From assembly GCA_963803435.1 (NCBI GenBank), contig CAWDML010000008.1, positions 320,001 through 384,000 on the forward strand: 64,000 nt of DNA, in the 5' to 3' direction. Made by a program: the position numbers and the translations under genes. Source of the DNA: an uncultured delta proteobacterium (GTDB lineage: Bacteria > Myxococcota > Kuafuiibacteriia > Kuafuiibacteriales > Kuafuiibacteriaceae). Position 1 is the stretch's first letter. Each line of letters starts with the position of its first letter. Positions 44,838-54,866 of this stretch are shown here, in pieces. The notes under the pieces were generated by a model that was not told the origin of the DNA, searched no databases, and saw nothing but the letters and a program-made list of their open reading frames with translations.

Positions 44838-46736
44838 TCAGATCGCCCGCAGCATCCAGTCGGACACCAGCTTGGAGAACCGCGCCGGATCCGGCGGTTG
44901 AGATCCCTCGGCCAGGAGCGCCTGGCCGAACAATAGATCGGCCGCCTCCTGGACGATCGCGCTCTTCGCGTCCTCCTGAAAGACCTTCTGCAGCTTCTCC
45001 AGGATCGGATGGTCGGGATTGAGCTCGAGGATCCGCTTCACCGTCGGGACCTCCTGGTCGAGCTGCCGCAGCAGCTTCTCCATCCGCGGCGTCAGGTCGC
45101 CCTGATCGCCCACCAGACAGGCGGCCGACGAGGTGAGCCGGGTGGAGAGTCGGACCTCCTTCACGTGGTCCTGGAGGCGCACCCGGATCGCCGTCAGGAG
45201 GTCCTTGAGCTCTCGTTCCTTCTCCTCGGTCTTCTTCTTGTCGTCCTCCGACTCGAGGTCGACCTCGCCCTTGCCGATCGATCGGAAGGGCAGGTCGCGG
45301 TAGCTCGGGTTCTGATCGAGCCAGAGCTCGTCGATCTGGTCGGTGAAGAAGAGGACCTCGTATCCCTTGGCCTCGAACGCCTCGAGGTGCGGCGAGCTCT
45401 GGACGGCCTCGCGCGAGGGACCGGTCAGATAGTAGATGGCCTTCTGATCGCCCTTGATGCGCTCGAGATACTCGCCGAGCGTGGTCGGCACGTCCGACCG
45501 AGACGAGCTCACCAGAAGGGCGTCCATGATCCGCGGGCGCTCCTTGGGATCGCCGGCCAGGAGGCCCTCCTTGAGCACGGGGCCGAGCTCCTTCCAGAAC
45601 GTGAGGTACTTGGGACGATCCTCCTTCAGCATCGTCTCCAGCGTGTCGTGCACCTTCTTGACCAGCTGCTTGCGGATGACCTGGATGTGGCGGTCCTTCT
45701 GGAGGATCTCGCGCGAGACGTTGAGCGAGAGATCGTGGGCGTCGACCACCCCGCGCACGAAGCGCAGGTAGGTCGGCATCACCTCCTTGCACTCGTCCAT
45801 GATGAAGACGCGCTTCACGTAGAGCTGGATCCCGCGCTTCATCTCGGGGTGGTACAGATCGAAGGGCGCCTTCGCGGGGATGAACAGCAGCGCCTGGGCT
45901 TCGAACGTGCCCTCCATCTTGATCGGGATGTTGACGAGCGGCGCGCTCCAGTCGTGGGAGATGTGCTTGTAGAACTCCTCGTACTCCTCGGCCGTGACCT
46001 CGCCCTTCGGTCGGGTCCAGATCGCCTTCTGCGAGTTGAGCTTCTCCTCCTCGAGGACCTTGGCACCCGACTCCCCCTGATCGCGCCAGACCTTCATCTT
46101 GATCGGATAGGCGACGAAATCGGAGTAGCGCTTCACGATGTCCTCGAGGACGAAGCGGTCGGTGTAGTCGTGGAGCCCGTTGTCGTCGTCCTTCGGCTTG
46201 AGGTGGAGTGTGACCGTGGTGCCGTGCTCGTGACGCTCGGCCTCCTCCAGCTCGTAGCCGCCGTCGCCGACGGACTCCCAGCGCGTCGCGTGAGCCTCAC
46301 CGGCGCGGCGGGTCACCACCGTCACCTTGTCCGCGACCATGAAGCTCGAATAGAAGCCGACCCCGAACTGGCCGATCAGCTCGGGCGGGAGCTCCGCCTT
46401 GCCCGTCTGCTCGAGGGCCGCCAGATACTCCTTGGTGCCGGAGCGGGCGATCGTCCCCAGGTTTGTCACCACCTCGTCGCGGCTCATCCCGATCCCGTTG
46501 TCGACGATCGACACGCTCCGCTGCTCCCGATCGGGCTCGATGTAGATGGAGAGCTCGCGCTCCGTGCGCAGGGCTTCGTTCGTGATCTGCTCGAAGCGAA
46601 GCCGGTCGAGCGCATCCGATGCGTTCGAGACGAGCTCGCGGAGGAAGATGTCCTTGTTCGAGTAGAGAGAATGGACCATCAGGTCCAAGAGCTGTTTGAC
46701 TTCGGCCTGAAACTCGCGACGTTCGTGCGCGCTCAC
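44838..46736 (-). CDS. htpG: Molecular chaperone HtpG (Hsp90)
   Basis: FQAEVKQLL, YSNKDIFLRELVSNASDA, DNGIGM, LGTIARSGT, IGQFGVGFYS, LNVSREILQ. AAGGAG RBS before GTG 46736. Confidence 0.97.
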   Translation of the reverse strand: MSAHERREFQAEVKQLLDLMVHSLYSNKDIFLRELVSNASDALDRLRFEQITNEALRTERELSIYIEPDREQRSVSIVDNGIGMSRDEVVTNLGTIARSGTKEYLAALEQTGKAELPPELIGQFGVGFYSSFMVADKVTVVTRRAGEAHATRWESVGDGGYELEEAERHEHGTTVTLHLKPKDDDNGLHDYTDRFVLEDIVKRYSDFVAYPIKMKVWRDQGESGAKVLEEEKLNSQKAIWTRPKGEVTAEEYEEFYKHISHDWSAPLVNIPIKMEGTFEAQALLFIPAKAPFDLYHPEMKRGIQLYVKRVFIMDECKEVMPTYLRFVRGVVDAHDLSLNVSREILQKDRHIQVIRKQLVKKVHDTLETMLKEDRPKYLTFWKELGPVLKEGLLAGDPKERPRIMDALLVSSSRSDVPTTLGEYLERIKGDQKAIYYLTGPSREAVQSSPHLEAFEAKGYEVLFFTDQIDELWLDQNPSYRDLPFRSIGKGEVDLESEDDKKKTEEKERELKDLLTAIRVRLQDHVKEVRLSTRLTSSAACLVGDQGDLTPRMEKLLRQLDQEVPTVKRILELNPDHPILEKLQKVFQEDAKSAIVQEAADLLFGQALLAEGSQPPDPARFSKLVSDWMLRAI

Positions 46737-46790
46737 GATGCTCTCCTTCAGCGCCGTTGATCGGTGCACGGAGGCCCGGCCGTCAAGCGC

Positions 46791-48023
46791 TTACCTTCGT
46801 CCTTCGGCGCGGGCCTTCATCGCATGCATGGCGACCGTGGTCGACGCGATGACGATGCCGTGCTCGAACAGCGGCTGCTTCTCGACAATCATCCGGGTGA
46901 CCCAGGAGGACTCGCGAACGTCGCTGTAGGCGTAGTGCACGGGGATGGTGAACCCCGCAGGCCCGGGCTTGAACTCCCAGCGCCAGCGCCCCCGCTTGAT
47001 GTCCCCCTCCACGGCCACCACGTCGACGCTGCCGTCCTTCTCGATGGTCATCATCGAGGTCCCGGTCAGGTTGACCATCGGGACCTCCAGCTCCCACTCC
47101 ATCTTGAGCTTGCCGTCCGGCTGGGGCGTGACCTTCTGCTCCGCGAAGTTGGGGATGAACTCGGGGTATCGGGCGGGGTCCTGGACGATCTTCTCGATCT
47201 TCTCCGCGGAGGCTTTGACTTCGTCGAGCAGCGCCACCTGCTTGAGCGTGCCGTCGTCGTAGGACTCGATCAGCGCCAGCTGTCCGTGCCGGATCAGGCG
47301 CTCGAGCTTGTCGAGATCGATCCCGCCGGCATCGAGCTGGATCTCGGAGAAGGGCGGCACCGCTCCGGTGTGCGGCTTGTACGTCGGCACCGGGGCCGAC
47401 TCGACGTAGCGCTTGAGCTGGCGCAGATGCACGAAGCCGGTGGCGAGGTTCGCGCCCTGCTCCATGGAGGGCTCGAGATCGATCATCGTCTTGAGCAGCA
47501 CCCCGCCGGTGTCGGTGTCGAGGGCCCGGTAGAACGCGACCAGCGTGCGCTTGCCGCCGTCCACCGGGAAGAGCTCCCAGGCCTCGTGCGAGCCCGCCAG
47601 ATGGCCGCTGACGCCCCGGACCTCGACGAAGCGCGGCCGGGTGCCCCGCTGCATCCGGCGGCCCTCGAGGTTGAAGAAGGGGATGTCGATCTCCCAGTCG
47701 AACAGAACCTGTGAACCGGCGTGCTTCACGATGTCGATTCGGGTCACCGTGTCGATGAACTTCGGGTACGACGCGACGTCCATGATCACGTCCCACACCC
47801 GCTCCGCAGGGGCGTTCAACACCGAGAACATCACGATCTGGCGGCACTGGCCGCCCGGCGTCGACTCGATCAGGGCCAGCTCGCGGTGCTCCGCGAGGCG
47901 GGTCAGGGTCGGCACGTCGAAGTCGGATCGCCGGGTCTGGACCGTCATCCGCTTCGCCTCCGCGGCGCCGCCCGTGAACAGGAGCAGGGCGAGCACCGAG
48001 AGCGGGGCCGGGCGGATGGGCAT
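46791..48023 (-). CDS. Secreted protein with tandem SRPBCC/START (polyketide cyclase-like) domains
   Basis: Signal peptide from ATG 48023; two similar halves (APAERVWDVIMDVASYPKFI / ASAEKIEKIVQDPARYPEFI). Confidence 0.75.
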   Translation of the reverse strand: MPIRPAPLSVLALLLFTGGAAEAKRMTVQTRRSDFDVPTLTRLAEHRELALIESTPGGQCRQIVMFSVLNAPAERVWDVIMDVASYPKFIDTVTRIDIVKHAGSQVLFDWEIDIPFFNLEGRRMQRGTRPRFVEVRGVSGHLAGSHEAWELFPVDGGKRTLVAFYRALDTDTGGVLLKTMIDLEPSMEQGANLATGFVHLRQLKRYVESAPVPTYKPHTGAVPPFSEIQLDAGGIDLDKLERLIRHGQLALIESYDDGTLKQVALLDEVKASAEKIEKIVQDPARYPEFIPNFAEQKVTPQPDGKLKMEWELEVPMVNLTGTSMMTIEKDGSVDVVAVEGDIKRGRWRWEFKPGPAGFTIPVHYAYSDVRESSWVTRMIVEKQPLFEHGIVIASTTVAMHAMKARAEGRR

Positions 48024-48093
48024 GGAGGGGGGATTCTGGAAGAGCCCGCATGGACCCGTCCATCGGAAACATTCATAGTCCGGCCCGCGCGCC

Positions 48094-49296
48094 ATGAGTC
48101 GGTCCCCGCGGCGCATCGGCCGGTACACCATCCTGAGAGCCCTCCCTGCGGGCGGTATGGCGGAGGTCTACGTCGCCGTTCGGGACGGCCGTCCGGCGCC
48201 CTGCGTCCTCAAACGCATGCGGATGGGCGTCGGCAACATTCAGGTCATCGCGAAGCGTTTCATCCGGGAGGCGCAGGTGGCGTCGCTGCTCGACCACCCG
48301 CACATCGCGAAGGTCTTCGAAGCGAGCGTCGAAGAGGGTGCGCTCTGCATGGCCATCGAGCTGATCCGCGGTCACGACCTGGCCGCGATCATGTACGAGC
48401 TGTCGCGCCGTGGCGTGCGGGTGCCGTTCGGGATCGGGATCGCGATCGTGCTGCGGGTGCTCGACGCGCTCTACTACGCCCACAGCTTCACGGATGAGCA
48501 CGGGCGCAGCCTCGAGATCGTCCACCGCGACGTCGGCCCGCGCAACGTGATGCTCGGCTACGACGGCTCGGTGAAGATCATCGACTTCGGCCTGGCCAAG
48601 GCGGGCTTCGGCCACGCGCTGACCGCGTCGGGAGTGCTGCTCGGGACTCCGCGTTACATGGCGCCCGAGCAGGCCCGAGGGGAGGAGGTCGACGCGCGCG
48701 CCGACGTCTACGCCGTCGCGGTGACGCTCTACGAGCTGCTGACGGGCCGCGCCGTCGTCGCCGACACGGAGCCGATGGAGGCGCTCAAGACCGTCCTCGA
48801 GAGCAAGGTCAAGCCGCTCGTCCAGGTGGAGCCGCGGGCGCCCAAGGATCTGACGCCGGTCCTCGAGCGGGCGCTCGCCAAGGATCGGCGCCGGCGCCAC
48901 CTCACGGCCCGCGAGCTGCGCGACGAGATCATCCGCGGCGCGCGCGAGGTTCGAATCGCCGGCGAGCCCGAGCTGGCTGCCTTCATGAGCGAGCACTTCC
49001 CGGATCCCGAGCGCGGGTCGCTCCCCGAGAAGATCGTGCCGATTCCCGCCGCCCACTCCGACGCCGAGACCGTCGTGCACAGCGCCGCCGCCGATCCCGA
49101 TCCATCCCCGAGCGGCGAGACCGTCACCGCGCAGAAGCCACCCCGGCACCGCTCGATCGATCTCTCGATCCCTCCCCCGCGCCCGCGGGCCCGCGCCGAC
49201 CGCTCGAACGTGTGGCGCGCGCTGGCCTACGTCCTGGCGGTGGTGGCGATCGTGATGATGGGGATCGTCGCGTACCTGATCGAGGTCGGATCGTGA
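48094..49296 (+). CDS. Ser/Thr protein kinase with C-terminal TM anchor
   Basis: GGMAEVY, VLK, HRDVGPRN, DFG, GTPRYMAPEQ. Confidence 0.93.
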   Translation: MSRSPRRIGRYTILRALPAGGMAEVYVAVRDGRPAPCVLKRMRMGVGNIQVIAKRFIREAQVASLLDHPHIAKVFEASVEEGALCMAIELIRGHDLAAIMYELSRRGVRVPFGIGIAIVLRVLDALYYAHSFTDEHGRSLEIVHRDVGPRNVMLGYDGSVKIIDFGLAKAGFGHALTASGVLLGTPRYMAPEQARGEEVDARADVYAVAVTLYELLTGRAVVADTEPMEALKTVLESKVKPLVQVEPRAPKDLTPVLERALAKDRRRRHLTARELRDEIIRGAREVRIAGEPELAAFMSEHFPDPERGSLPEKIVPIPAAHSDAETVVHSAAADPDPSPSGETVTAQKPPRHRSIDLSIPPPRPRARADRSNVWRALAYVLAVVAIVMMGIVAYLIEVGS

Positions 49297-49309
49297 GGGC
49301 GGAGCCGCG

Positions 49310-50053
49310 TCAGAACGTGACGGTCAAGGCGGTCACGCCGAACAACACACCCGCCGCGCCGAACGAGGCGAGGGCGGCCTTGTGCTCGGCGCCGGCCGTC
49401 CCGTAGAGGTCGGCGGCGTGATCTTTGTCGGGCTGGTCGAGCGCCCTTTTCCCGGTGACGCCCGAGATGATCAGCAGCGTCGTCCCTGCGATCAGCGCGG
49501 CCAGCCCGGCGCCGCCCGCGATCCATCCTGCGACCGGCAGGCCCGTGCTCACCGGCGCCGGCACGGTCTCGACGGTCCCGATCGTCTCCTCGTCGTTCGC
49601 TGGTTGATCGACGTCCCACTCGTGGTTCGAGACGGCGCCGTCGCCCTCGACCGGCTCGAGGACCTCGGGATGGAGCGATCGCGTGCTCCGCCTCTTCTCG
49701 CGTCGGGTCTTCGCGTCTCTCGGAGGCGCGACCTCGCGGAGGACCTGGTCGAAGGCCTCCTGGGTGGCGCGGGGCGTCCCGCGGGGCGGGCGGATCTGGG
49801 GCCAGAGCTCGAGCGCGTGGCGAAACGAAGCATCGGCGTCGCGCGCGTTGCCGGTGCGATGCTGGATCAAACCGATGTACAGCCGCGCGGTCGCCCGCTG
49901 CTTCGTGCCGCCCGCGTCGAGCGCCTCGAGGAGCAGCGGGAGCGAGCCCTTGAGGTCGCCCGCGTGATACAGCTCGATGCCAGCGGTCAGCTTGGGCGGT
50001 GCCTCCGGCGCGGCGACCAAAACGGCGACGATCAAGGGCACGAGCGCGGGCAT
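49310..50053 (-). CDS. Hypothetical secreted TPR-like protein with C-terminal hydrophobic hairpin
   Basis: Signal peptide, A.LYIG...G....A...F..AL TPR, Gly/Ala-rich C-terminal helices. Confidence 0.65.
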   Translation of the reverse strand: MPALVPLIVAVLVAAPEAPPKLTAGIELYHAGDLKGSLPLLLEALDAGGTKQRATARLYIGLIQHRTGNARDADASFRHALELWPQIRPPRGTPRATQEAFDQVLREVAPPRDAKTRREKRRSTRSLHPEVLEPVEGDGAVSNHEWDVDQPANDEETIGTVETVPAPVSTGLPVAGWIAGGAGLAALIAGTTLLIISGVTGKRALDQPDKDHAADLYGTAGAEHKAALASFGAAGVLFGVTALTVTF

Positions 50054-50091
50054 CGCGCGAAGTATACCACCCTGCATGGTAGAGTCCCTCG

Positions 50092-51531
50092 GTGGTCCGC
50101 GGGCCCGATGACGAGTCCCTCGACGATCTCACCCGCACGCTGGCGCGCCCTGTCGTCCCCGTGCGGCTCAACGCCGCAGGAGATCGAGGATATGTCGGCC
50201 GCTTCGAGGTCCGCGGAATCCTCGGCCGAGGTGGCATGGGGATCGTCTACGACGCGATCGACACCGAGAGCCGGGCCGCCTGCGCGCTCAAGATGATCGG
50301 CCTCCGCTTCCTGCAGCTCGACGATCTCCAGGCAGCGGAGCGGTTCGTTCACGAGATCAAGGTCCTGGAGCAGCTCTCACACCCGGGCGTGGTCCGCTTC
50401 CGGGAGTATGGACTCGCGGACACAGGCGAGGCCGAGCACAGCGCGTTCTTCGTGATGGAGCGCCTGCGCGGCCGCACGATCGGACAGGCGTTGCACGAGG
50501 GCCGCCGATTCACGCTGGACGAGTCGCTCCGTCTCACGGGCGCCGTGTCCGAGGCGCTCGCGTACCTCGACGCCAAGAAGGTCCTGCACCGCGACATCAA
50601 GCCGGGCAACGTGTTCATGGACGAGACCGGTCGTGTGGTCCTCATGGACTTCGGGCTCGCGCGCTCCGAGCACTTCACGAAGCTGACGCGCGCCGGGCAC
50701 ATCGTGGGGACCGTCTTCTACATGTCTCCGGAGCGTCTGAAGGGCGAGGCCTCGGACATCCGCTCCGACGTGTTCGCGCTGGGCGTGGTCCTCTACGAGA
50801 TGTTGATCGGACGGCGCCCGCACACGGAGGAGGATCCGACCAGCCTGCTCCGCGCGATCCGTCGCGGCATCTCCTGGCCCTCCGAGTCCGGCAAGAACCC
50901 GGGCGAGCGCGCAGCGCGTGAGCTGATCGATGCGATGTGTGCGCCCGAAGCAGAGCAGCGCCCGACCCCGCAAAAGATCGCGGAGCGCTGCCGATCGATC
51001 GTCGAGTCGATCGCGCTCGTGCCCACGAGCTCCAACGACCCGACGCTTCCGAGCTTCAGCGTGCAGCCACAGATGCCGCCGCCGGTGATCATCCGGCCGG
51101 GCCCGACCTGGACCACCAGCCTGCTCATCACGATCACGTTCTCGCTCCTGACCTTCCTGGGCGGCCTGCTGCTCGGCACCAACCGCTCGCACCGCACCGT
51201 CGCGATCTCGAGGCACCCCATCCCGGAGGCTTCGAGCAAGGAGGTAGTGGTCGAGCCGCACCCGAAGCTCGAGTTCTCCTCGGCGGAGGAGGCCTACCGC
51301 TACGGAGACGAGCGCCTGAAGGCGGGCGATCACACCGCCTCGATCCAGGCGCTCGAGCAGGCGCTCAATCTCAACCCAGCCTACGCCGACGCCTACCGGC
51401 GCCTCGGAGATGCCTGCCTCTCGGCAGGTCAGATCGACAAGGCGCGGGAGGCCTACGAGCGCTACCGAAAGCTGCGCCCCGACGCGCCCGACGCGGCGGC
51501 GATCGAGAAGCTGTTGCAGAGCTTCGAGTAG
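50092..51531 (+). CDS. Ser/Thr protein kinase with TM segment and C-terminal TPRs
   Basis: LGRGGMG.VY, ALK, HRDIKPGN, DFG, YMSPE; AYRRLG TPR. Confidence 0.93.
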   Translation: MVRGPDDESLDDLTRTLARPVVPVRLNAAGDRGYVGRFEVRGILGRGGMGIVYDAIDTESRAACALKMIGLRFLQLDDLQAAERFVHEIKVLEQLSHPGVVRFREYGLADTGEAEHSAFFVMERLRGRTIGQALHEGRRFTLDESLRLTGAVSEALAYLDAKKVLHRDIKPGNVFMDETGRVVLMDFGLARSEHFTKLTRAGHIVGTVFYMSPERLKGEASDIRSDVFALGVVLYEMLIGRRPHTEEDPTSLLRAIRRGISWPSESGKNPGERAARELIDAMCAPEAEQRPTPQKIAERCRSIVESIALVPTSSNDPTLPSFSVQPQMPPPVIIRPGPTWTTSLLITITFSLLTFLGGLLLGTNRSHRTVAISRHPIPEASSKEVVVEPHPKLEFSSAEEAYRYGDERLKAGDHTASIQALEQALNLNPAYADAYRRLGDACLSAGQIDKAREAYERYRKLRPDAPDAAAIEKLLQSFE

Positions 51532-51549
51532 TGGAAGAATGGCGTCGCT

Positions 51550-53304
51550 TTGTCGGACGCACCGTCAGGCCTCGTGCTCAACGGCGTCGATCTCGCCGAT
51601 CCCAACGCTCCGCTCCCCGACCGCGTAGGTACGTTCCGGCTCCACGATCGGCTCGGATCGTCCAAGGGCGGCGTGGTGCTCGACGCCACCACGGAGAAGG
51701 GCGTGCGGGTGGCGATGAAGCTGGCGCGTCCCCCGCTCGAGGCGGCCGAGCGAAAGGAGGAGACGTCGCGCCTGCTCCGCGAGCTGTCCATCCTGAAGGC
51801 GCTCCATCACCCGGGGATCGTCCGGCTGGCCGACGCCGGTCTGGTCGGCGGTCTCCTCTACATGGCGGTCGAGCGGGTCGAAGGCGTGACCCTCCGGGCG
51901 TTGATCGGCGACGCGATCGCGGACTTCGACGTGGCGGCCGCGATCGGTCTCCAGGTGGGGAGCACCGTCGCGTACCTGCACACGGTCGGCGTCCTCCAGC
52001 GCGAGATCACGCCCGACGTGATCATCGCGCAAGGGAACGGACGGCTCCTCCTGGCGGACTTCGGCTTCTCCACGTTCGTCGGCGCGCCCGCCATCACCGA
52101 GCCGGGTCCGCCCCGGGGCACGCTCGGATACGTGGCGCCGGAGCTCTTCGACACCGGCAAGGCCACGCCGGCGTCCGACCAATACGCGCTGGGCCGGCTG
52201 CTGTACGAGCTCTGCTCGCCGGCGGAGCGCTCGTCGATCCGGGCTGATCAGGCGACACCCGCGGAGCGCCAGGCTGCAGGTTGGGTCGACTGGGCCAGCT
52301 TCCCCACCGGCGCCTATCACCGGTCCCTCAAGCCGGTCCTCGAGGGGATGCTTCGGGTCGAGCCGCAGCAGCGCTATCCGGACGTGTACACGGCGGTCGC
52401 CGCGATCGCGACCCTGGCGGCGTTCAAGGGCCGCGCCGGTGCGGCGACCGGGACCCGCTCGACCAGCGGCGCCCACGCGCTCGCCGCGTTCGTGGATCAC
52501 GTGCAGCGGATCGGCGACGACGACGAGACCAGCGGTCTCCTGCGCAGGACCATCTCGGACTCGTTCTCGGACGTGGGCGCGCCCTTGTACGCGACCTCGT
52601 ACCTCTTGATCGAGCCCGAGCGGCTCGACCGCGCCGAGGTCCTGCGGAAGATCTGTTCGCAGGCGGAGCGCCTGTTCGCGGAGCGGGACGCCAGTCGACT
52701 CGCCGATCAGCTGCGGGACGACGCCCGCATCTTCTGGGAGGATCGCGCCAAGAACGCCGACTGGAGCGACGACGTCACCCCGCTGGATCCGGACCCCGAT
52801 GCCGCCACCGCCCCCGGCGGTGACTCGGACACCCTTTTCGATGCGCACCCTGGCGACCTGATCTCCGGCGAGACGCCCGAGGAGGCCGGTGCGCGTACGC
52901 TCCGCGAGGACGGTTTCCGCTCGGACGAGGGGATGACGCCGCCGCCCCGGGCGTCCGACAACCTCATCCCGCCGGACGCGCATCCGTACCAGAGCGATCC
53001 GCCCAACTTTCTGCCGGTGCCGAGCTCGTCGTCGTCGCCCTCGGAGACCATCGAAGAGGTCGAAGAGCAGATGCACGCGGACACGATCACCGAGGACCGC
53101 GATCTGGTGATCCCGCAAGACGGAATGCCGCCGCCCGATCCCGCGAACATGCCGGCGCGCTCGCCCTCGGTGTATGCGGTGGAGGTGCTGGAGCCGAAGC
53201 CGGCGTCGCCGGCGGGAGGCAAGCTGAATCTCGCCCAGATCCTGGTGGCCGCCGCCCTCCTGCTGGTCGGCCTGCTGATCGGCTTCTTCCTCGGTCGAGG
53301 TTGA
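51550..53304 (+). CDS. Ser/Thr kinase-fold protein, probable pseudokinase, with acidic disordered tail and C-terminal TM
   Basis: VAMK, DFG and YVAPE present, but the catalytic loop reads QREITPDV instead of HRD.KP.N. Confidence 0.8.
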   Translation: MSDAPSGLVLNGVDLADPNAPLPDRVGTFRLHDRLGSSKGGVVLDATTEKGVRVAMKLARPPLEAAERKEETSRLLRELSILKALHHPGIVRLADAGLVGGLLYMAVERVEGVTLRALIGDAIADFDVAAAIGLQVGSTVAYLHTVGVLQREITPDVIIAQGNGRLLLADFGFSTFVGAPAITEPGPPRGTLGYVAPELFDTGKATPASDQYALGRLLYELCSPAERSSIRADQATPAERQAAGWVDWASFPTGAYHRSLKPVLEGMLRVEPQQRYPDVYTAVAAIATLAAFKGRAGAATGTRSTSGAHALAAFVDHVQRIGDDDETSGLLRRTISDSFSDVGAPLYATSYLLIEPERLDRAEVLRKICSQAERLFAERDASRLADQLRDDARIFWEDRAKNADWSDDVTPLDPDPDAATAPGGDSDTLFDAHPGDLISGETPEEAGARTLREDGFRSDEGMTPPPRASDNLIPPDAHPYQSDPPNFLPVPSSSSSPSETIEEVEEQMHADTITEDRDLVIPQDGMPPPDPANMPARSPSVYAVEVLEPKPASPAGGKLNLAQILVAAALLLVGLLIGFFLGRG

Positions 53305-53306
53305 GG

Positions 53307-53981
53307 CTACTGAACCGTGGCCTTCTTGATCCAGCTCAGGTTGGGGAAGTCGGCCTTCAGGTACTTGTTGCCCTCGGTCTGCACGCGGCCCTGGTTCGGC
53401 CCCTTGCCGCTGGGCGCGCCCTCTCCGTAGCCCGCGTAGAGCTTGTCCACCACGTCCATGTTGCGGACCTTGGCGAACGGCGAGAAGCCCATCTGATCGA
53501 GGCGCGCGTTGTTACCGAAGTTGACGAAGAACTGCGTGGTGCGCGTGTTGGGCCCGCCGGTGGCGAAGGACACCATCCCCCGGGTGTTGCTCTGCTTCAC
53601 CGGGTCGTCGTCGATGCGTGCGTCGCGCCATACCTTGTTCACGTTCGGATCGCCGTTGATCCCGACCTGCGCCATGAAGCCGCCGATCACGCGGAAGAAG
53701 GCGACGTCGTCGTAGTAGCCGGCCTTCACCAGGTTGTAGAAGCGATCGGCGCCCTTCGGGGACCAATCGCGCTGGACGTCGATCAGGATGTCGCCCGCGG
53801 TGGTCTCCAGCTTGACCGTGAACTTGTCGGGGGCCTTCGCCGTCGCCTTGCTCGGATCCATCAGCGCGGCGCGGTTGGTCTCCGCCTCCTTCTTGTTGGG
53901 CCCGGCGGTGCCTTCCTCGCTCTTGCAGGCGATGAACGCAGTGGTGAGCAGAAAGACGGAAAAGATGCGCTTGAACCTCAT
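53307..53981 (-). CDS. Cyclophilin-type peptidyl-prolyl isomerase, lipoprotein
   Basis: Lipobox FIAC; P.GADRFYNLV, FFRV..GFMAQ.G, SN.RG..SFA..GPN.RTTQFF.N. Confidence 0.92.
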   Translation of the reverse strand: MRFKRIFSVFLLTTAFIACKSEEGTAGPNKKEAETNRAALMDPSKATAKAPDKFTVKLETTAGDILIDVQRDWSPKGADRFYNLVKAGYYDDVAFFRVIGGFMAQVGINGDPNVNKVWRDARIDDDPVKQSNTRGMVSFATGGPNTRTTQFFVNFGNNARLDQMGFSPFAKVRNMDVVDKLYAGYGEGAPSGKGPNQGRVQTEGNKYLKADFPNLSWIKKATVQ

Positions 53982-54014
53982 GGGCGCGGACTCTCGTCAA
54001 GACCCCGCCTTCGG

Positions 54015-54785
54015 TCAAGGCCCGCGCGGCCGGTGACCTGCGCGCAGAGAGAGCGGCCAGCGGATGAGTCGCCGCGTGTCGGCCGCGCCCCAGATCTCCG
54101 TCAGGTCGCGGCAAAACGCGTCGAACGGGCCCGGGCCCTCGGCCTTCTCCAGCGCGCGCGTGGCCGACCAGGTCCCGAGGTACCCCGTCAGCCCCGCCAG
54201 ATCCCAAGTGGCCGTGACCTCGAGGGGAGGCGCCACCAGCTCGCGGTACGGAAACGCCAGCGAGCGGTAGCCGTCCTCCACGTGCCGGCGCTCGGGCGGC
54301 CAGTGCGGGCCGAGCACCTGCGTGTAGAGCTCCATGATGGCGCGATCGATCTCCGGCTCGACGAGCAGGATCCCGTAGGTCACCAGCACCACCGCCGCGC
54401 CCGGGCGCGTCGCGCGGTCAACCTCACGGTAGTACGCCGGAAGATCGAACCAGTGTGCCGCCTGCGCCGCAACGGCGAGGTCCGCGCTCCCCTCCGACAA
54501 CCCGCTCGCCTCGGCCGTCGCCCGGCGGTACTCGACGTTCGGGCGCGGCTCGGCTTGGGCGATCTGCTCGGCGCTCGCGTCAGTCGCGACGACCTGCTCG
54601 AAGCGTTCGGCGAGCAGCACCGAGAGCTGCCCCGAGCCACAGCCGGCGTCCCACGCGAGCGAACGCGCGGGGGCGATCGAGGCGAGGAATTCGATCAGCT
54701 CCATCGGATAGCGCGGCCGGTGGGCCGCGTAGCGATCCGCGTGGTGGGAGAAGTGGTCCTTGAAGGGGTGACCGCTGTGACGCAA
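54015..54785 (-). CDS. Class I SAM-dependent methyltransferase
   Basis: FKDHFS..A..YA..RP.YP, WDAGCGSGQ, DAS..QI, AQAAHWFD. Confidence 0.9.
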   Translation of the reverse strand: MRHSGHPFKDHFSHHADRYAAHRPRYPMELIEFLASIAPARSLAWDAGCGSGQLSVLLAERFEQVVATDASAEQIAQAEPRPNVEYRRATAEASGLSEGSADLAVAAQAAHWFDLPAYYREVDRATRPGAAVVLVTYGILLVEPEIDRAIMELYTQVLGPHWPPERRHVEDGYRSLAFPYRELVAPPLEVTATWDLAGLTGYLGTWSATRALEKAEGPGPFDAFCRDLTEIWGAADTRRLIRWPLSLRAGHRPRGP

Positions 54786-54866
54786 TGGCTCACAGCAGGC
54801 TTCGTTGTCCGCGCGCCGTCAAGCGGCAGGTGACCGTCGCGCAGACCGCGTGCTATTCGCGCTCGG

